DNA from: Arcobacteraceae bacterium
Lineage (GTDB): Bacteria > Campylobacterota > Campylobacteria > Campylobacterales > Arcobacteraceae
Length of the DNA: 64,000 nt
Direction of reading: 5' to 3'
NCBI GenBank assembly: GCA_963662945.1
Contig: OY759974.1
Span: 1,600,001 to 1,664,000, forward strand
The notes under the pieces were generated by a model, which saw only the letters and a list, made by a program, of their open reading frames with translations, was not told where the DNA came from and did not search any database. This document shows positions 44,201-50,837 of the stretch, one piece after another. The translations under genes and the position numbers were made by a program. Position 1 is the first letter of the stretch. Each line of letters starts with the position of its first letter.

Positions 44201-45947
44201 GCTCATCGTTGTAAACATCCATATCTTTAGAAGGAATATCTAATGAACCTTTACCGTTTGCATCTAAGGTTACAGTGTATTCTGTTCCTCCAACTTCAAC
44301 TGTTAATGTAGCAGTTGTTCCAGCTTGTGGTGGGTTTGTAGTTTCAAAGTTAAATGTTACATTCTCTGCATTCTCATTTACATCCGCTGTTGTTACAGTT
44401 ACTTTAGTAGTATCCTCAAAATCCACAACTTTAGCAGAGGCAGTAGCACCAGTTACATCAGTAGCTTCAAAGTTTCCACCGTTAATAGATTTTACAGTTG
44501 CAGTAATAGTTTGCTCATCGTTGTAAACATCCATATCTTTAGAAGGAATATCTAATGAACCTTTACCGTTTGCATCTAAGGTTACAGTGTATTCTGTTCC
44601 TCCAACTTCAACTGTTAATGTAGCAGTTGTTCCAGCTTGTGGTGGGTTTGTAGTTTCAAAGTTAAATGTTACATTCTCTGCATTCTCATTTACATCCGCT
44701 GTTGTTACAGTTACTTTAGTAGTATCCTCAAAATCCACAACTTTAGCAGAGGCAGTAGCACCAGTTACATCAGTAGCTTCAAAGTTTCCACCGTTAATAG
44801 ATTTTACAGTTGCAGTAATAGTTTGCTCATCGTTGTAAACATCCATATCTTTAGAAGGAATATCTAATGAACCTTTACCGTTTGCATCTAAGGTTACAGT
44901 GTATTCTGTTCCTCCAACTTCAACTGTTAATGTAGCAGTTGTTCCAGCTTGTGGTGGGTTTGTAGTTTCAAAGTTAAATGTTACATTCTCTGCATTCTCA
45001 TTTACATCCGCTGTTGTTACAGTTACTTTAGTAGTATCAATTGTATCTGTTACATTAATAGTAACTGTTGAGTTCGTAATCTCAATAGCATCAAACCCAC
45101 CACCTGTAAGACTCACTATATTTACAGTTACAGTATCTGGGTCAATATACACATCACTATCTTTTGTAGCTATATCAAAATCAAAACTAGTAGTACCAGC
45201 AGGGATAGTATAAGTTGTTGGTACGCCATTGATATTAACAACCATAGTCATAGTAGTAAAAGGTGCTTGTGAAAGGCTAAGTGTAAAAGTACTGCTGTCT
45301 TGATCTTCATTAACATCAAGTCCACTTAAACTAGCTGTAGTATTTGTATAGAATGGGCTATTTGAAGGGGGAGTATTTGTAGTTGTAGGACTCTCAGGGT
45401 TTTCAGGTCTAACACGATCATCTTCTGCTCCATTACCAGTAGCTTCTTGATTTCTATCTTCTTCTGATAAAAATGCAGTATCTTGCGGACCAGCACCAGC
45501 AGCTGTTGCTTCCATATTATCAAGCATAGCTTGGAAATCATCTATTACAGCACCACCAGCAAGTGTTGAACCATCTAAAGATAAAGCTTCTTTTAATGCT
45601 TCTACTATCTCACCACTTTCAAATTCTGGATTGTGTAGAGCAGCATCAATTTGTTTATCACCTTCTATGTTTGTTGAAACACCAAAAATAGTATCAATAC
45701 TAAATGGATCCATTGGATTATTTTGTTGAATTAATTCTGCCATATTGTTAAGTACAATATTTATTCTTTCTCCATTATTTGTCATGAAATATACATTCAT
45801 TGTATTATTATCATTGATTAACTGAAATTGATAACTTTGTACTCCAGTAAAATAAATTTGTTCACCTTGTGTAGGTGAAATATTCATATTACTCGTTATC
45901 TCTTGTTCTTTGATATCTCCATTTGAACTTCTAATAATCATTTTCAT
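32259..45947 (-). CDS. lapA: Giant LapA-like T1SS adhesin (about 4560 aa)
   Basis: ATG 45947 with SD GAGGGG; EATAAG motif; 16 LapA-type GGNFE/GGGFD Ig repeats; VCBS/Calx-beta/cadherin-like modules; DUF4114-like GFEDL..GDKDYDD; GGFVVAW propeller-like repeats; vWA DVSGS...TNY...FLSDG; sparse RTX-like nonamers; C-terminal T1SS-signal-like end. Confidence 0.92.
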   Translation of the reverse strand: MKMIIRSSNGDIKEQEITSNMNISPTQGEQIYFTGVQSYQFQLINDNNTMNVYFMTNNGERINIVLNNMAELIQQNNPMDPFSIDTIFGVSTNIEGDKQIDAALHNPEFESGEIVEALKEALSLDGSTLAGGAVIDDFQAMLDNMEATAAGAGPQDTAFLSEEDRNQEATGNGAEDDRVRPENPESPTTTNTPPSNSPFYTNTTASLSGLDVNEDQDSSTFTLSLSQAPFTTMTMVVNINGVPTTYTIPAGTTSFDFDIATKDSDVYIDPDTVTVNIVSLTGGGFDAIEITNSTVTINVTDTIDTTKVTVTTADVNENAENVTFNFETTNPPQAGTTATLTVEVGGTEYTVTLDANGKGSLDIPSKDMDVYNDEQTITATVKSINGGNFEATDVTGATASAKVVDFEDTTKVTVTTADVNENAENVTFNFETTNPPQAGTTATLTVEVGGTEYTVTLDANGKGSLDIPSKDMDVYNDEQTITATVKSINGGNFEATDVTGATASAKVVDFEDTTKVTVTTADVNENAENVTFNFETTNPPQAGTTATLTVEVGGTEYTVTLDANGKGSLDIPSKDMDVYNDEQTITATVKSINGGNFEATDVTGATASAKVVDFEDTTKVTVTTADVNENAENVTFNFETTNPPQAGTTATLTVEVGGTEYTVTLDANGKGSLDIPSKDMDVYNDEQTITATVKSINGGNFEATDVTGATASAKVVDFEDTTKVTVTTADVNENAENVTFNFETTNPPQAGTTATLTVEVGGTEYTVTLDANGKGSLDIPSKDMDVYNDEQTITATVKSINGGNFEATDVTGATASAKVVDFEDTTKVTVTTADVNENAENVTFNFETTNPPQAGTTATLTVEVGGTEYTVTLDANGKGSLDIPSKDMDVYNDEQTITATVKSINGGNFEATDVTGATASAKVVDFEDTTKVTVTTADVNENAENVTFNFETTNPPQAGTTATLTVEVGGTEYTVTLDANGKGSLDIPSKDMDVYNDEQTITATVKSINGGNFEATDVTGATASAKVVDFEDTTKVTVTTADVNENAENVTFNFETTNPPQAGTTATLTVEVGGTEYTVTLDANGKGSLDIPSKDMDVYNDEQTITATVKSINGGNFEATDVTGATASAKVVDFEDTTKVTVTTADVNENAENVTFNFETTNPPQAGTTATLTVEVGGTEYTVTLDANGKGSLDIPSKDMDVYNDEQTITATVKSINGGNFEATDVTGATASAKVVDFEDTTKVTVTTADVNENAENVTFNFETTNPPQAGTTATLTVEVGGTEYTVTLDANGKGSLDIPSKDMDVYNDEQTITATVKSINGGNFEATDVTGATASAKVVDFEDTTKVTVTTADVNENAENVTFNFETTNPPQAGTTATLTVEVGGTEYTVTLDANGKGSLDIPSKDMDVYNDEQTITATVKSINGGNFEATDVTGATASAKVVDFEDTTKVTVTTADVNENAENVTFNFETTNPPQAGTTATLTVEVGGTEYTVTLDANGKGSLDIPSKDMDVYNDEQTITATVKSINGGNFEATDVTGATASAKVVDFEDTTKVTVTTADVNENAENVTFNFETTNPPQAGTTATLTVEVGGTEYTVTLDANGKGSLDIPSKDMDVYNDEQTITATVKSINGGNFEATDVTGATASAKVVDFEDTTKVTVTTADVNENAENVTFNFETTNPPQAGTTATLTVEVGGTEYTVTLDANGKGSLDIPSKDMDVYNDEQTITATVKSINGGNFEATDVTGATASAKVVDFEDTTKVTVTTADVNENAENVTFNFETTNPPQAGTTATLTVEVGGTEYTVTLDANGKGSLDIPSKDMDVYNDEQTITATVKSINGGNFEATDVTGATASAKVVDFEDTVMIRVFASDSNGNPLTDTQGNYLTVNETAEGGATHYVALAFEPNTTVFNDSTQLDTQLGKVDFTFTNKTTENNDYTPQTTITSIALGTAISMDAVDDKVAENSENLEISIGNYVAPTSGLIYEAVDIDGVVTTTITDNDIAPEAKDNTNTATETGTEFIAAEDEANDGQSATGNVITDSQADIGSNPLSITAINFNGSVINIPTNGDDITITGDYGTLTINNTGAYTYDVNESITDSWNVGKSEIDQFTYTLSDGYNPDDTAKLSITVEGKDDAPVITSISANDRATHTIDGLIDIDGDGIADEYTPDDFTHADKGLIFAGENGDLNINMGTVSSSMSVEYNGGQASYHNAIGYYLADENGNPTEAHIIYVEDASFVGTQAEMLGTLNNLVGNVGFFIIPDGGDKNITTNSEITFDDQGNMVINNTVQTAYYSDNDLNSDNHDHVIATVNEDGGLILGFEDLSLGDKDYDDVVLTIKPCETLSQTDQILNNIQLSDVDDTNLESATIVLKNYQTGDEIKYENLPNGISGNSEVINGTLVITLSGSATIGQYEEAVKSLTFETDSENRDPRTFEFTVNDGDKTSNTKEITVDIGGCSLNTGDYTNTVIATDDYGKVETAQGEFEVTSFDNGNQSEPDVAALKDGGFVVAWTEVSGDSYKSAIVNDFNNDGDTNDSGETVWQNGLVNHDVFIQRYDADGEPIGDVTRVNTFVTNVNEDGGRSQHDVNVVGLENGNYLVTWTSDDQYVGQDSWDNGSSYIQGQIYDVNGNPVCGEFTVARAEYDPIVALPDGGFIVTWSADARLDNTDHDGTANNPTDGTDNPIYSDTHDGSGFGVIAQRFDALGNEVGDRVIVNQLTTNDQLDSDIVMIDDNTAIMTWQSQNGTNGDFDIYAQTLKLTSNGLEVVSNSDIAIATGAENQTNPEVTALSNGTAIITYQSDTNIMAKTVSTTGVGSEVTIAAGANPVITALAAGVVIVYEENGTIFAKTFDGTNVSDATIVSENTTAQTLPAVTTLEDGSYVISWQDENGISAHRYNGDGTEYHQNEFDMLEDNSLTITADRIMENDNDPEGHTFEVISVQDATNGSVTMDANGNITFTPNPDYNGPATFKYTIQDELGAQDTATVYLNVKPVGEPSIFVGTMCDADIQSHNIIVNEGEEAVLAVKISGAEANSTVSLTLADGTALVTEDYDATFSYSFDGTHWTVYDSNNPISIPEGASKFAVKMDTVENNVNEDDELFSLSATLSTGESDTGTVTILDDDTNPPVADAVLTTSNLDTDDAVLATFASETNTPNEAEIAFFKKLDIGGGLDGDITNAENDSSDPADLGGQDIETIENNLVFDITSLPTYGDVYIQVGDVYTKLDASNLDEASTLLNTADTVYWSATHEQVPAQTEEKSIGGIYDNGITASWQSDDVTVIARDENNQEASINYVTNDGIGVSGNTGSGPSNQLGYDPTAQKAESIIFDFKNPVTDASVAITHLIQGENGGEVGTFEAFLDGKSLGVFTFSNNSSAGADYVLTAESHGSNNSAGSNSGTLNIDNLVFDQLRFSAQEYASQGSSTDSSDYFIGGITYHEVPGVEFEYKVIDESNNSSEEVKVVIDVATDTPVPEADTNATPTTTDDSITTPEDTPYTLTMDDFGTYSDETEAQKISIESLPTNGVLKLNGIEISANTEINVSDITTGKLSFTPSKDTDNDSSFNFKVSDGELWSDTHTTTVEVTAIADIPTVSINVSGEEIVTTTVGEVCSTSQDLGNLIAYLQDKGNVSADQVIQLAQDQNGNPAQDQYNLELTSFGDSDLALYDNISNQNATRDINNIDLNNSTAFDSSSATVVSDTINNTYHMTSNRVIFEGNIVQNGNVLGTDDNDVIIAKGEIQGGSNINAGDGDDIIAIIGDIGANQPAIAGGDGTDILYLSKPASSYYFSDIHFHDNLDGHIVDRDTGKTLTFNNIEGIAFGDGSGLNCDVNGGVTTTTEYKYDINISAALADTDNSETLTVSITGVPIGAVLSSDIYTLVDNNDGSWDVTVPAGVKTISDTLTMTTSEQHSDLNLNITARATETNENENGLNYKEATASDALINIEITDSTPNIDGDNIVYEEALTNSYDDREMTTGTFKITTEDGLSNISINGTTITESELLDIVATPKVITTTYGEIEINGYDATTGMVNYSYEIKENTTDHTVANQKDSVVDSISIKVTDTDGDTKENTLDVRIVDDIPTVSDQNAQLTFGADGTVTATTTTNLVFTLDVSGSMTNNDGKITLDDGTQTDRLELAKDAIIDAVGAYMSQGAVNVNLTLFAETAKMVDFSNASGQQSWMTVTENNFDSFKAIVNNVSNSGIGQYTNYEAAIDETVDSYNIGTPNADTTVAYFLSDGNPTAEFTSVNNTNTYKSTWDNNGYDNSDSGDTDGSKSWLDSAYISQWTSFITNNNIEIQALGIGTGIDTSAGSYLAQLAVGNNASVEQVTDPTKLSDTILGNITGSLSGNIFFGADSEGTIDSITVDGIEYTKPTDADETTITTTNGGSLTVDFMDGSYTFEAKQSQYDDGDKETFEVKVSDEDGDSATFNLNISMDSVSERFTLTSDTATIDGGTGYDILDTDGNFDLSSIASRVNNIEEINLSNNNSNDTIHIDLEDIVAITDEDNDLVIRGDNGDTINLDENDGWQRSDTTTNIDGQDFTEYTNTNNSTISVFIDNDLDTTGLN
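40354..45038. repeat. Tandem array of 15 identical 312-bp units (104-aa Ig-like repeats)
   Basis: Period 312 from GTATCCTCAAAATCC at 40354, 40666 and onward, ending 45038; no differences seen between units. Confidence 0.97.
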
Positions 45948-45979
45948 AGCAAAACCCCTCAATAGTTTTTATTTCAAAT

Positions 45980-46013
45980 ATTTTAGTATATAAAAGTTTC
46001 TAGTGAGTTGCTA
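45980..46013 (-). promoter_or_regulatory. Putative adhesin promoter with tandem AAC box
   Basis: Minus strand TAGCAAC-TCAC-TAGAAAC-N10-TAAAAT. Confidence 0.5.
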
Positions 46014-46085
46014 TTTTGAGAAATTTTGTAACTTTATAAATTATTATAATATAGTTAATTTTTAGTTATGATTTATTGAAAAGAA

Positions 46086-46116
46086 AAGTGATATAAATTA
46101 AGAATTTATATCACTT
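46086..46116 (-). terminator. Intrinsic terminator after prs
   Basis: AAGTGATATAAATT-AAG-AATTTATATCACTT, 14-bp stem followed by a U-rich run on the minus strand. Confidence 0.7.
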
Positions 46117-46135
46117 AATATAGGTTAAGTTAAGT

Positions 46136-47071
46136 TTATTCTACGCTAAAAATATCATTAACAGATTCGTTATTTGATATTCTTCTAATTGTTTCTGCAA
46201 ATATTTTTGTTGCTGTTAAAACTGTAATTTTTGAGCAAGCTTGTTTTAATGGGATAGTATCAGTGATAACAAGTTCATCTAATGCACCACTTTCAAGTCT
46301 TTCATAAGCTGGTCCACTTAAAACACCATGAGTACAACAAGCCATAACAGATGTTGCTCCACGAGATTTTAATACTTCAGCTGCTTTTACAAGAGTTCCT
46401 GCTGTATCAACCATATCATCTACTAAAATAACATCTTTACCAGTTACGTCACCAATGATATTCATAACTTCAGATTCATTTGCTTTCTCTCTTCTTTTAT
46501 CAACGATTACAAGATCAAGTCCAAGTTTTTGTGCATAGTTTCTAGCTCGTGCAACACCACCAATATCTGGAGAGGCAATGATTGGATTTGGAAGATTTTT
46601 TTGTTTTAAATAATCTGTAAATATAATTGAACCATATAAATTATCAACAGGGATATTAAAAAATCCTTGAATTTGTGCAGCATGTAAGTCTACTGTAATA
46701 ACTTGGTCAATACCAGCTCTTTCAATCATCGAAGCTACTAGTTTTGCAGAGATTGGAACTCTTGGCGCTGCTTTTCTGTCTTGTCTTGCATATCCAAAAT
46801 ATGGAATTACAGCTGTAACAGTTCCTGCATTACTTCTTTTAAAAGCATCAGTCATAATTAAAAGTTCCATTAGGTTATCATTTGTAGGTGCACAAGTAGG
46901 TTGGATGATATATACATCTCTTCCTCTTACACTCTCTGTAATGTTTACGTTAATTTCACCATCACTAAATCTATTTAATTGTATTTCACCTAAGCTAACT
47001 TTTAAATAATCAGCAATTTTTTTTGAAAACTCTGGATTTGCAGACCCTGAAAATAGTTTGTATCCTCTCAT
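46136..47071 (-). CDS. prs: Ribose-phosphate pyrophosphokinase
   Basis: FSDGEI, PYFGYARQDRK, SPDIGG and VDDMVDTAGT motifs. Confidence 0.98.
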   Translation of the reverse strand: MRGYKLFSGSANPEFSKKIADYLKVSLGEIQLNRFSDGEINVNITESVRGRDVYIIQPTCAPTNDNLMELLIMTDAFKRSNAGTVTAVIPYFGYARQDRKAAPRVPISAKLVASMIERAGIDQVITVDLHAAQIQGFFNIPVDNLYGSIIFTDYLKQKNLPNPIIASPDIGGVARARNYAQKLGLDLVIVDKRREKANESEVMNIIGDVTGKDVILVDDMVDTAGTLVKAAEVLKSRGATSVMACCTHGVLSGPAYERLESGALDELVITDTIPLKQACSKITVLTATKIFAETIRRISNNESVNDIFSVE

Positions 47072-47184
47072 TATATCGTCCCTTTTGTATCTATATGTAT
47101 CTATTTGCGAATTATATCTAAAATCACTTTAAGTCACCAAAATCAATCTAAAAAAAAACTTCTAGTTATCTATAAGCTAATTTT

Positions 47185-47193
47185 TGCTAAAAT
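47185..47193 (+). promoter_or_regulatory. Extended -10 promoter of tig operon
   Basis: TGCTAAAAT upstream of SD GGAG and the tig ATG. Confidence 0.55.
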
Positions 47194-47227
47194 CAGCCCA
47201 AAATATTAAATATGGAGTTCGAACATA

Positions 47228-48529
47228 ATGGAATTTAATGCAAAGAAAATAGATGAAGCAAACGCAGTTGTAACTGCAACACTACAAGCAGCAGCAATTG
47301 ATGAAAGCTTAACTAAAATAGCACAACAAGCAGCTAAAACACTTGATGTACAAGGATTTAGAAAAGGGAAAGTTCCTGTTGCAGTTGTAAAAAGCAGATA
47401 TGCTGAAAAATTAAAACAAGATGCTGAGGGTGAAGCTTTAAGAGCTGTTTTAAATGCAGCAATGACAGAGTTAAAAATAGCAAATAGTGATTTAATTGGT
47501 GAACCATCAATTACAAAATTTGATAAAAAAGACAACGGTGATATAGATGTTGAGATTCAACTATCTTCTAGACCACAATTTGATTTAGGTGATTATAAAG
47601 CATTATTACCAGAGATCAAAACAAAGAAAATCACAGCTAAAGAGATTGATGAAAAATTAAATGAGATAGCAGCACACTCTGCACCATTAGAAAAAATCAA
47701 AAGAAAAAGAGCAGTAAAAGAGGGTGACTTCGCTGTTATTGATTTTGAAGGATTTAAAGATGGTGTAGCATTTGAAGGTGGAAAAGCTGAAAAACATACA
47801 TTAGAAATCGGTTCAGGTTCATTTATTCCAGGATTTGAAGATCAAGTAATCGGTATGAAATACGATGAAGAAAAAGAGATAACTGTAACATTCCCAAAAA
47901 ATTACCAAGCTACACATTTAGCAGGTGCAGATGTTGTATTTAAAGTAAAATTACATGAGATTCAAGAAAAAGCTGAGCCTGTAATTGATGATGAATTTGC
48001 TAAAAAAGTATTACCTCAAGAAGAGGGTGCTAATGTTGAGATGTTAAAAGAAAAAATGAAAGAACAAATCAAATTAGAAAAAACAGCAAAATACTACAAT
48101 GAAGAGTTAAAACCAGCATATCTTGAAGCATTAGTAGAAAAAATTGACTTTGCAGTTCCTACAACAGTTTTAGATCAAGAGATTAGCCAAGTTCTTAACA
48201 ACCAAGTAAGAGCTATGAGTGATGAAGAGATCAAAGAACTTCAAGAAAACAAAGACAAAATAGAAAAAATGAGAGAAGAAGCAACTCCAGAAGCTACAAA
48301 AAGTGTAAAAGCTACATTTATTATTGATGCGTTAGCAAAAGCTGAAAAAGTAGAAGTAACTGATCAAGAAGTTACACAAACTTTATACTACGAAGCGATG
48401 ATGCAAGGTCAAGATGGTCAAGCTCTAATCAAACAATACCAAGAAGCAGGATACTTACCAGCTATTAAAATGTCTATGATTGAGCAAAAAGTTATTACAA
48501 AACTTTTAGATGAGAAAGCAGGAAAATAA
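47228..48529 (+). CDS. tig: Trigger factor
   Basis: GFRKGKVP ribosome-binding motif, FKBP domain FIPGFEDQ. Confidence 0.97.
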   Translation: MEFNAKKIDEANAVVTATLQAAAIDESLTKIAQQAAKTLDVQGFRKGKVPVAVVKSRYAEKLKQDAEGEALRAVLNAAMTELKIANSDLIGEPSITKFDKKDNGDIDVEIQLSSRPQFDLGDYKALLPEIKTKKITAKEIDEKLNEIAAHSAPLEKIKRKRAVKEGDFAVIDFEGFKDGVAFEGGKAEKHTLEIGSGSFIPGFEDQVIGMKYDEEKEITVTFPKNYQATHLAGADVVFKVKLHEIQEKAEPVIDDEFAKKVLPQEEGANVEMLKEKMKEQIKLEKTAKYYNEELKPAYLEALVEKIDFAVPTTVLDQEISQVLNNQVRAMSDEEIKELQENKDKIEKMREEATPEATKSVKATFIIDALAKAEKVEVTDQEVTQTLYYEAMMQGQDGQALIKQYQEAGYLPAIKMSMIEQKVITKLLDEKAGK

Positions 48530-49113
48530 TGTCTTATATACCAGTTGTTGTTGAACAAACAGGGAGAGGTGAGAGAAGTTACGATATCTACTCTCGTCTT
48601 TTAAAAGATAGAATTATTATGTTAAGTGGTGAAGTAAATGATGCTGTAGCATCAACAATAGTTGCACAGTTATTATTTTTAGAAGCTGAAGATCCAGAAA
48701 AAGATATCTACCTTTACATCAACTCTCCAGGTGGAGTTGTAACTTCTGGTATGTCAATCTTTGATACTATGAATTATATCAAACCAGATATTTGTACTAT
48801 TTGTATAGGACAAGCTGCTTCAATGGGTGCTTTTCTATTAAGTTCAGGAACAAAAGGGAAAAGATATTCTTTACCACATAGTAGAATTATGATACACCAA
48901 CCATTAGGTGGAGCGCAAGGTCAAGCTACAGATATAGCTATCCAAGCAAAAGAGATATTAAGAATGAAAGATGAGTTAAATCAACTTTTAGCAAAACATA
49001 CAGGTCAAGATGTTGAAAAAATTGCTCTTGATACAGATAGAGATAACTTCATGTCTGCACAAGAAGCTTGTGATTATGGACTTGTAGATAAAGTTATAGC
49101 AAGACACGAATAG
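48529..49113 (+). CDS. clpP: ATP-dependent Clp protease proteolytic subunit
   Basis: [23 protein letters not shown] and MIHQP motifs. Confidence 0.98.
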   Translation: MSYIPVVVEQTGRGERSYDIYSRLLKDRIIMLSGEVNDAVASTIVAQLLFLEAEDPEKDIYLYINSPGGVVTSGMSIFDTMNYIKPDICTICIGQAASMGAFLLSSGTKGKRYSLPHSRIMIHQPLGGAQGQATDIAIQAKEILRMKDELNQLLAKHTGQDVEKIALDTDRDNFMSAQEACDYGLVDKVIARHE

Positions 49114-49122
49114 AGAGTTTTT

Positions 49123-49662
49123 ATGGTTAGAGAGATAGTAACATACCCAAATCCAATATTGAGAAAAAAATCAAGAGATGTAGAAGTGTTTGATGAAACA
49201 CTTCATACTTTGCTTGATGATATGAATGATACAATGTTAAGTGCAGGTGGTGTTGGTCTTGCTGCCATACAAATTGGTGTTGATCTAAATGTTTTAATCA
49301 TCAATATCCCTATTGACAACGAAGGGGAACTTGATGATGGAACACAACAGCCAGAAAATTTAATCGAGGCTATCAATCCTGTTATAACACATAAAGATGG
49401 AGAACTAGTATTTAATGAAGGATGTTTAAGTGTCCCTGGATTTCATGCAGAAGTAAAACGAGCTGAGCATGTGATAGTTGAATATTACAATAGACACGGT
49501 GAAAAACAAACGATGGAAGCAGAAGACTTTTTAGCTGTTGCATGGCAACATGAGATGGAACACCTAAGTGGTCATGTTTTTATAGAACATTTATCTTTTT
49601 TAAAACGAAAAAAGTTTGAAAAAGATTGGAAAAGAGAACTAAAAGAAAAGGGTAAAAAATAA
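49123..49662 (+). CDS. def: Peptide deformylase
   Basis: GVGLAAIQ, EGCLS and QHEMEH motifs. Confidence 0.97.
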   Translation: MVREIVTYPNPILRKKSRDVEVFDETLHTLLDDMNDTMLSAGGVGLAAIQIGVDLNVLIINIPIDNEGELDDGTQQPENLIEAINPVITHKDGELVFNEGCLSVPGFHAEVKRAEHVIVEYYNRHGEKQTMEAEDFLAVAWQHEMEHLSGHVFIEHLSFLKRKKFEKDWKRELKEKGKK

Positions 49663-50150
49663 TGCAAAAAGAACCAATGACAAGTGCAGATTACGATACT
49701 TTAACATCAACATTAAATGAGATGAAATTAGTTCAAAGACCAAAAATATTAGTTGCTATTGAAGAGGCTAGACAACTAGGTGACTTAAAAGAAAATGCAG
49801 AATACCATGCAGCAAAAGAAGACCAAGCAAATATCAATAAAAAAATAGCAGAATTAGAAGACCTTATCACAAGAGTTGTGATAATAGACCCATCAACATT
49901 GGCACACGATAAGATAAGCTTTGGTTCAACAATAAAACTTATCGATGTCGATACAGATGAAGAGATAACTTACACTATAGTTGCTTCATCACACAGCAAT
50001 CCAGATGAGGGAAAAATATCTTTCCACTCTCCTTTAGCAAAACAACTTTTAGGAAAAAGTGTAGGGGATGAGTGTATAGCACAACTTCCAGGTGGGAAAA
50101 AAGAGTTTGAGATAGAAGAAGTGTATTATGATGAGGATAGAATTTGTTAA
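49662..50150 (+). CDS. greA: Transcription elongation factor GreA
   Basis: GDLKENAEYHAAKE and ISFHSPLAKQLLG motifs. Confidence 0.96.
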   Translation: MQKEPMTSADYDTLTSTLNEMKLVQRPKILVAIEEARQLGDLKENAEYHAAKEDQANINKKIAELEDLITRVVIIDPSTLAHDKISFGSTIKLIDVDTDEEITYTIVASSHSNPDEGKISFHSPLAKQLLGKSVGDECIAQLPGGKKEFEIEEVYYDEDRIC

Positions 50151-50207
50151 ATTCTACTTTATAAAGTAAATAAAAGCCACAAAGATAGCTATTAACTTCT
50201 ATAAAAG

Positions 50208-50828
50208 GTGAGTATGTTGAGTAAAACATTAAATTATTATTCATCAAATGCACCACTACTTACAGAACAATATGAACTTGCTGATGTTCAAGAAATCCAA
50301 GATTTATTATTAAAAACATTTTCGAAAAATTATAACCTTTTAGAAATTGGTTGTGGCTCAGGAAGAGATGCTTTTTTTATGTTATCTAATGGGTATAATA
50401 TTACTGCTGTAGATGGTTCTGAAAAAATGATTGTGGAATCCAAAAAAATTCACCCTGAACTATCGAACAATTTATTTCATAAAATTTTACCGAATGATTT
50501 AAATTTTAATATAAAATTTAATGGAATTTATTCTATTGCTACACTGATGCACTTAGAAGAAAACGACATTAAAAAAACTATTTATAATATATTTAATTTG
50601 TTAAATGATGGTGGAAAATTTTTAATGTCAGTATCTTTATCTAGAAATGATGTGAATGAAAATGGGTTTGATGAAAAAGGTAGATTCTTTCTTATTTTAG
50701 AACAAGAAGAATGGTTAAATATGTGTAAAGATGTTGGATTTAAAATACTTGAAACTAAAGTTAATAATGATGGTTTAAATAGAGATGGTATTATATGGTT
50801 GATTTTAATTTTAGAAAAACAATGCTAA
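50208..50828 (+). CDS. Class I SAM-dependent methyltransferase
   Basis: LLEIGCGSGRDA motif I, AVDGS, IYSIATLMHL; lacks DNA-MTase DPPY/PC motifs. Confidence 0.88.
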   Translation: MSMLSKTLNYYSSNAPLLTEQYELADVQEIQDLLLKTFSKNYNLLEIGCGSGRDAFFMLSNGYNITAVDGSEKMIVESKKIHPELSNNLFHKILPNDLNFNIKFNGIYSIATLMHLEENDIKKTIYNIFNLLNDGGKFLMSVSLSRNDVNENGFDEKGRFFLILEQEEWLNMCKDVGFKILETKVNNDGLNRDGIIWLILILEKQC

Positions 50829-50837
50829 AGTAATTAT

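Noticed and set aside
40354-45038. Repeat array as CRISPR or RNA array
   Set aside because: Units are contiguous, 312 bp, in frame and without unique spacers; no cas genes.
40531-45213. Repeated 83-aa and 76-aa plus-strand ORFs
   Set aside because: Antisense shadows of the 312-bp coding repeat in the adhesin; no SD or independent signal.
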